A stretch of DNA of 63,795 nt, filler included, from Octopus bimaculoides (Eukaryota), in the NCBI RefSeq assembly GCF_001194135.2. It is 6 parts of 6 records of this genome, joined end to end, with 100 filler letters (N's around TTAATTAATTAA, not from the genome) between each part and the next. Parts side by side here need not be neighbours in the genome. Positions count along the whole stretch, not along the records: positions 62,768 to 63,795 come from NC_068987.1; 5 more parts are not named here. One strand, given 5' to 3'. Under the pieces are notes generated by a model, which saw only the letters and a list, made by a program, of their open reading frames with translations, had not been told where the DNA came from and made no database searches. Made by a program: the position numbers and the translations under genes. Shown here piece by piece: positions 63,703-63,795 of the stretch. The number at the start of each line of letters is the position of its first letter. Within the stretch, counting starts at the first letter, position 1.

Positions 63703-63795
<93 letters not shown>

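Overview
AT-rich, gap-riddled eukaryotic draft-assembly window dominated by microsatellites and decayed transposable elements. The SINE families and microsatellite load match my recollection of Octopus genomes; this is inference, not a database result. I found no intact host gene, rRNA, true tRNA or CRISPR array, and nearly all ORFs in the track are microsatellite or N-gap artefacts. Recognisable content: remnants of three mariner transposases (two copies of one family plus a rearranged fragment), two Buster/Charlie-type hAT transposases (one inserted into an RTE-clade LINE), an L1/Tx1-like RT, three Penelope-like (PLE) fragments, a Helitron Rep fragment, piggyBac pieces, a DINE-1/Crypton-like non-autonomous element, MITE/foldback elements and at least four tRNA-derived SINE families. 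I cannot support a new biological system. The best leads are hammerhead-ribozyme motifs of the PLE/retrozyme type (one canonical core at 59155-59210, two homologous core-variant minimal motifs at 53879-53913 and 58435-58470, two decayed ones), a 3x42-bp higher-order repeat with GGATTA phased every 42-43 bp, a Helitron/PLE junction and several strong hairpins. All alignments and translations were done by eye, so TE boundaries are approximate.
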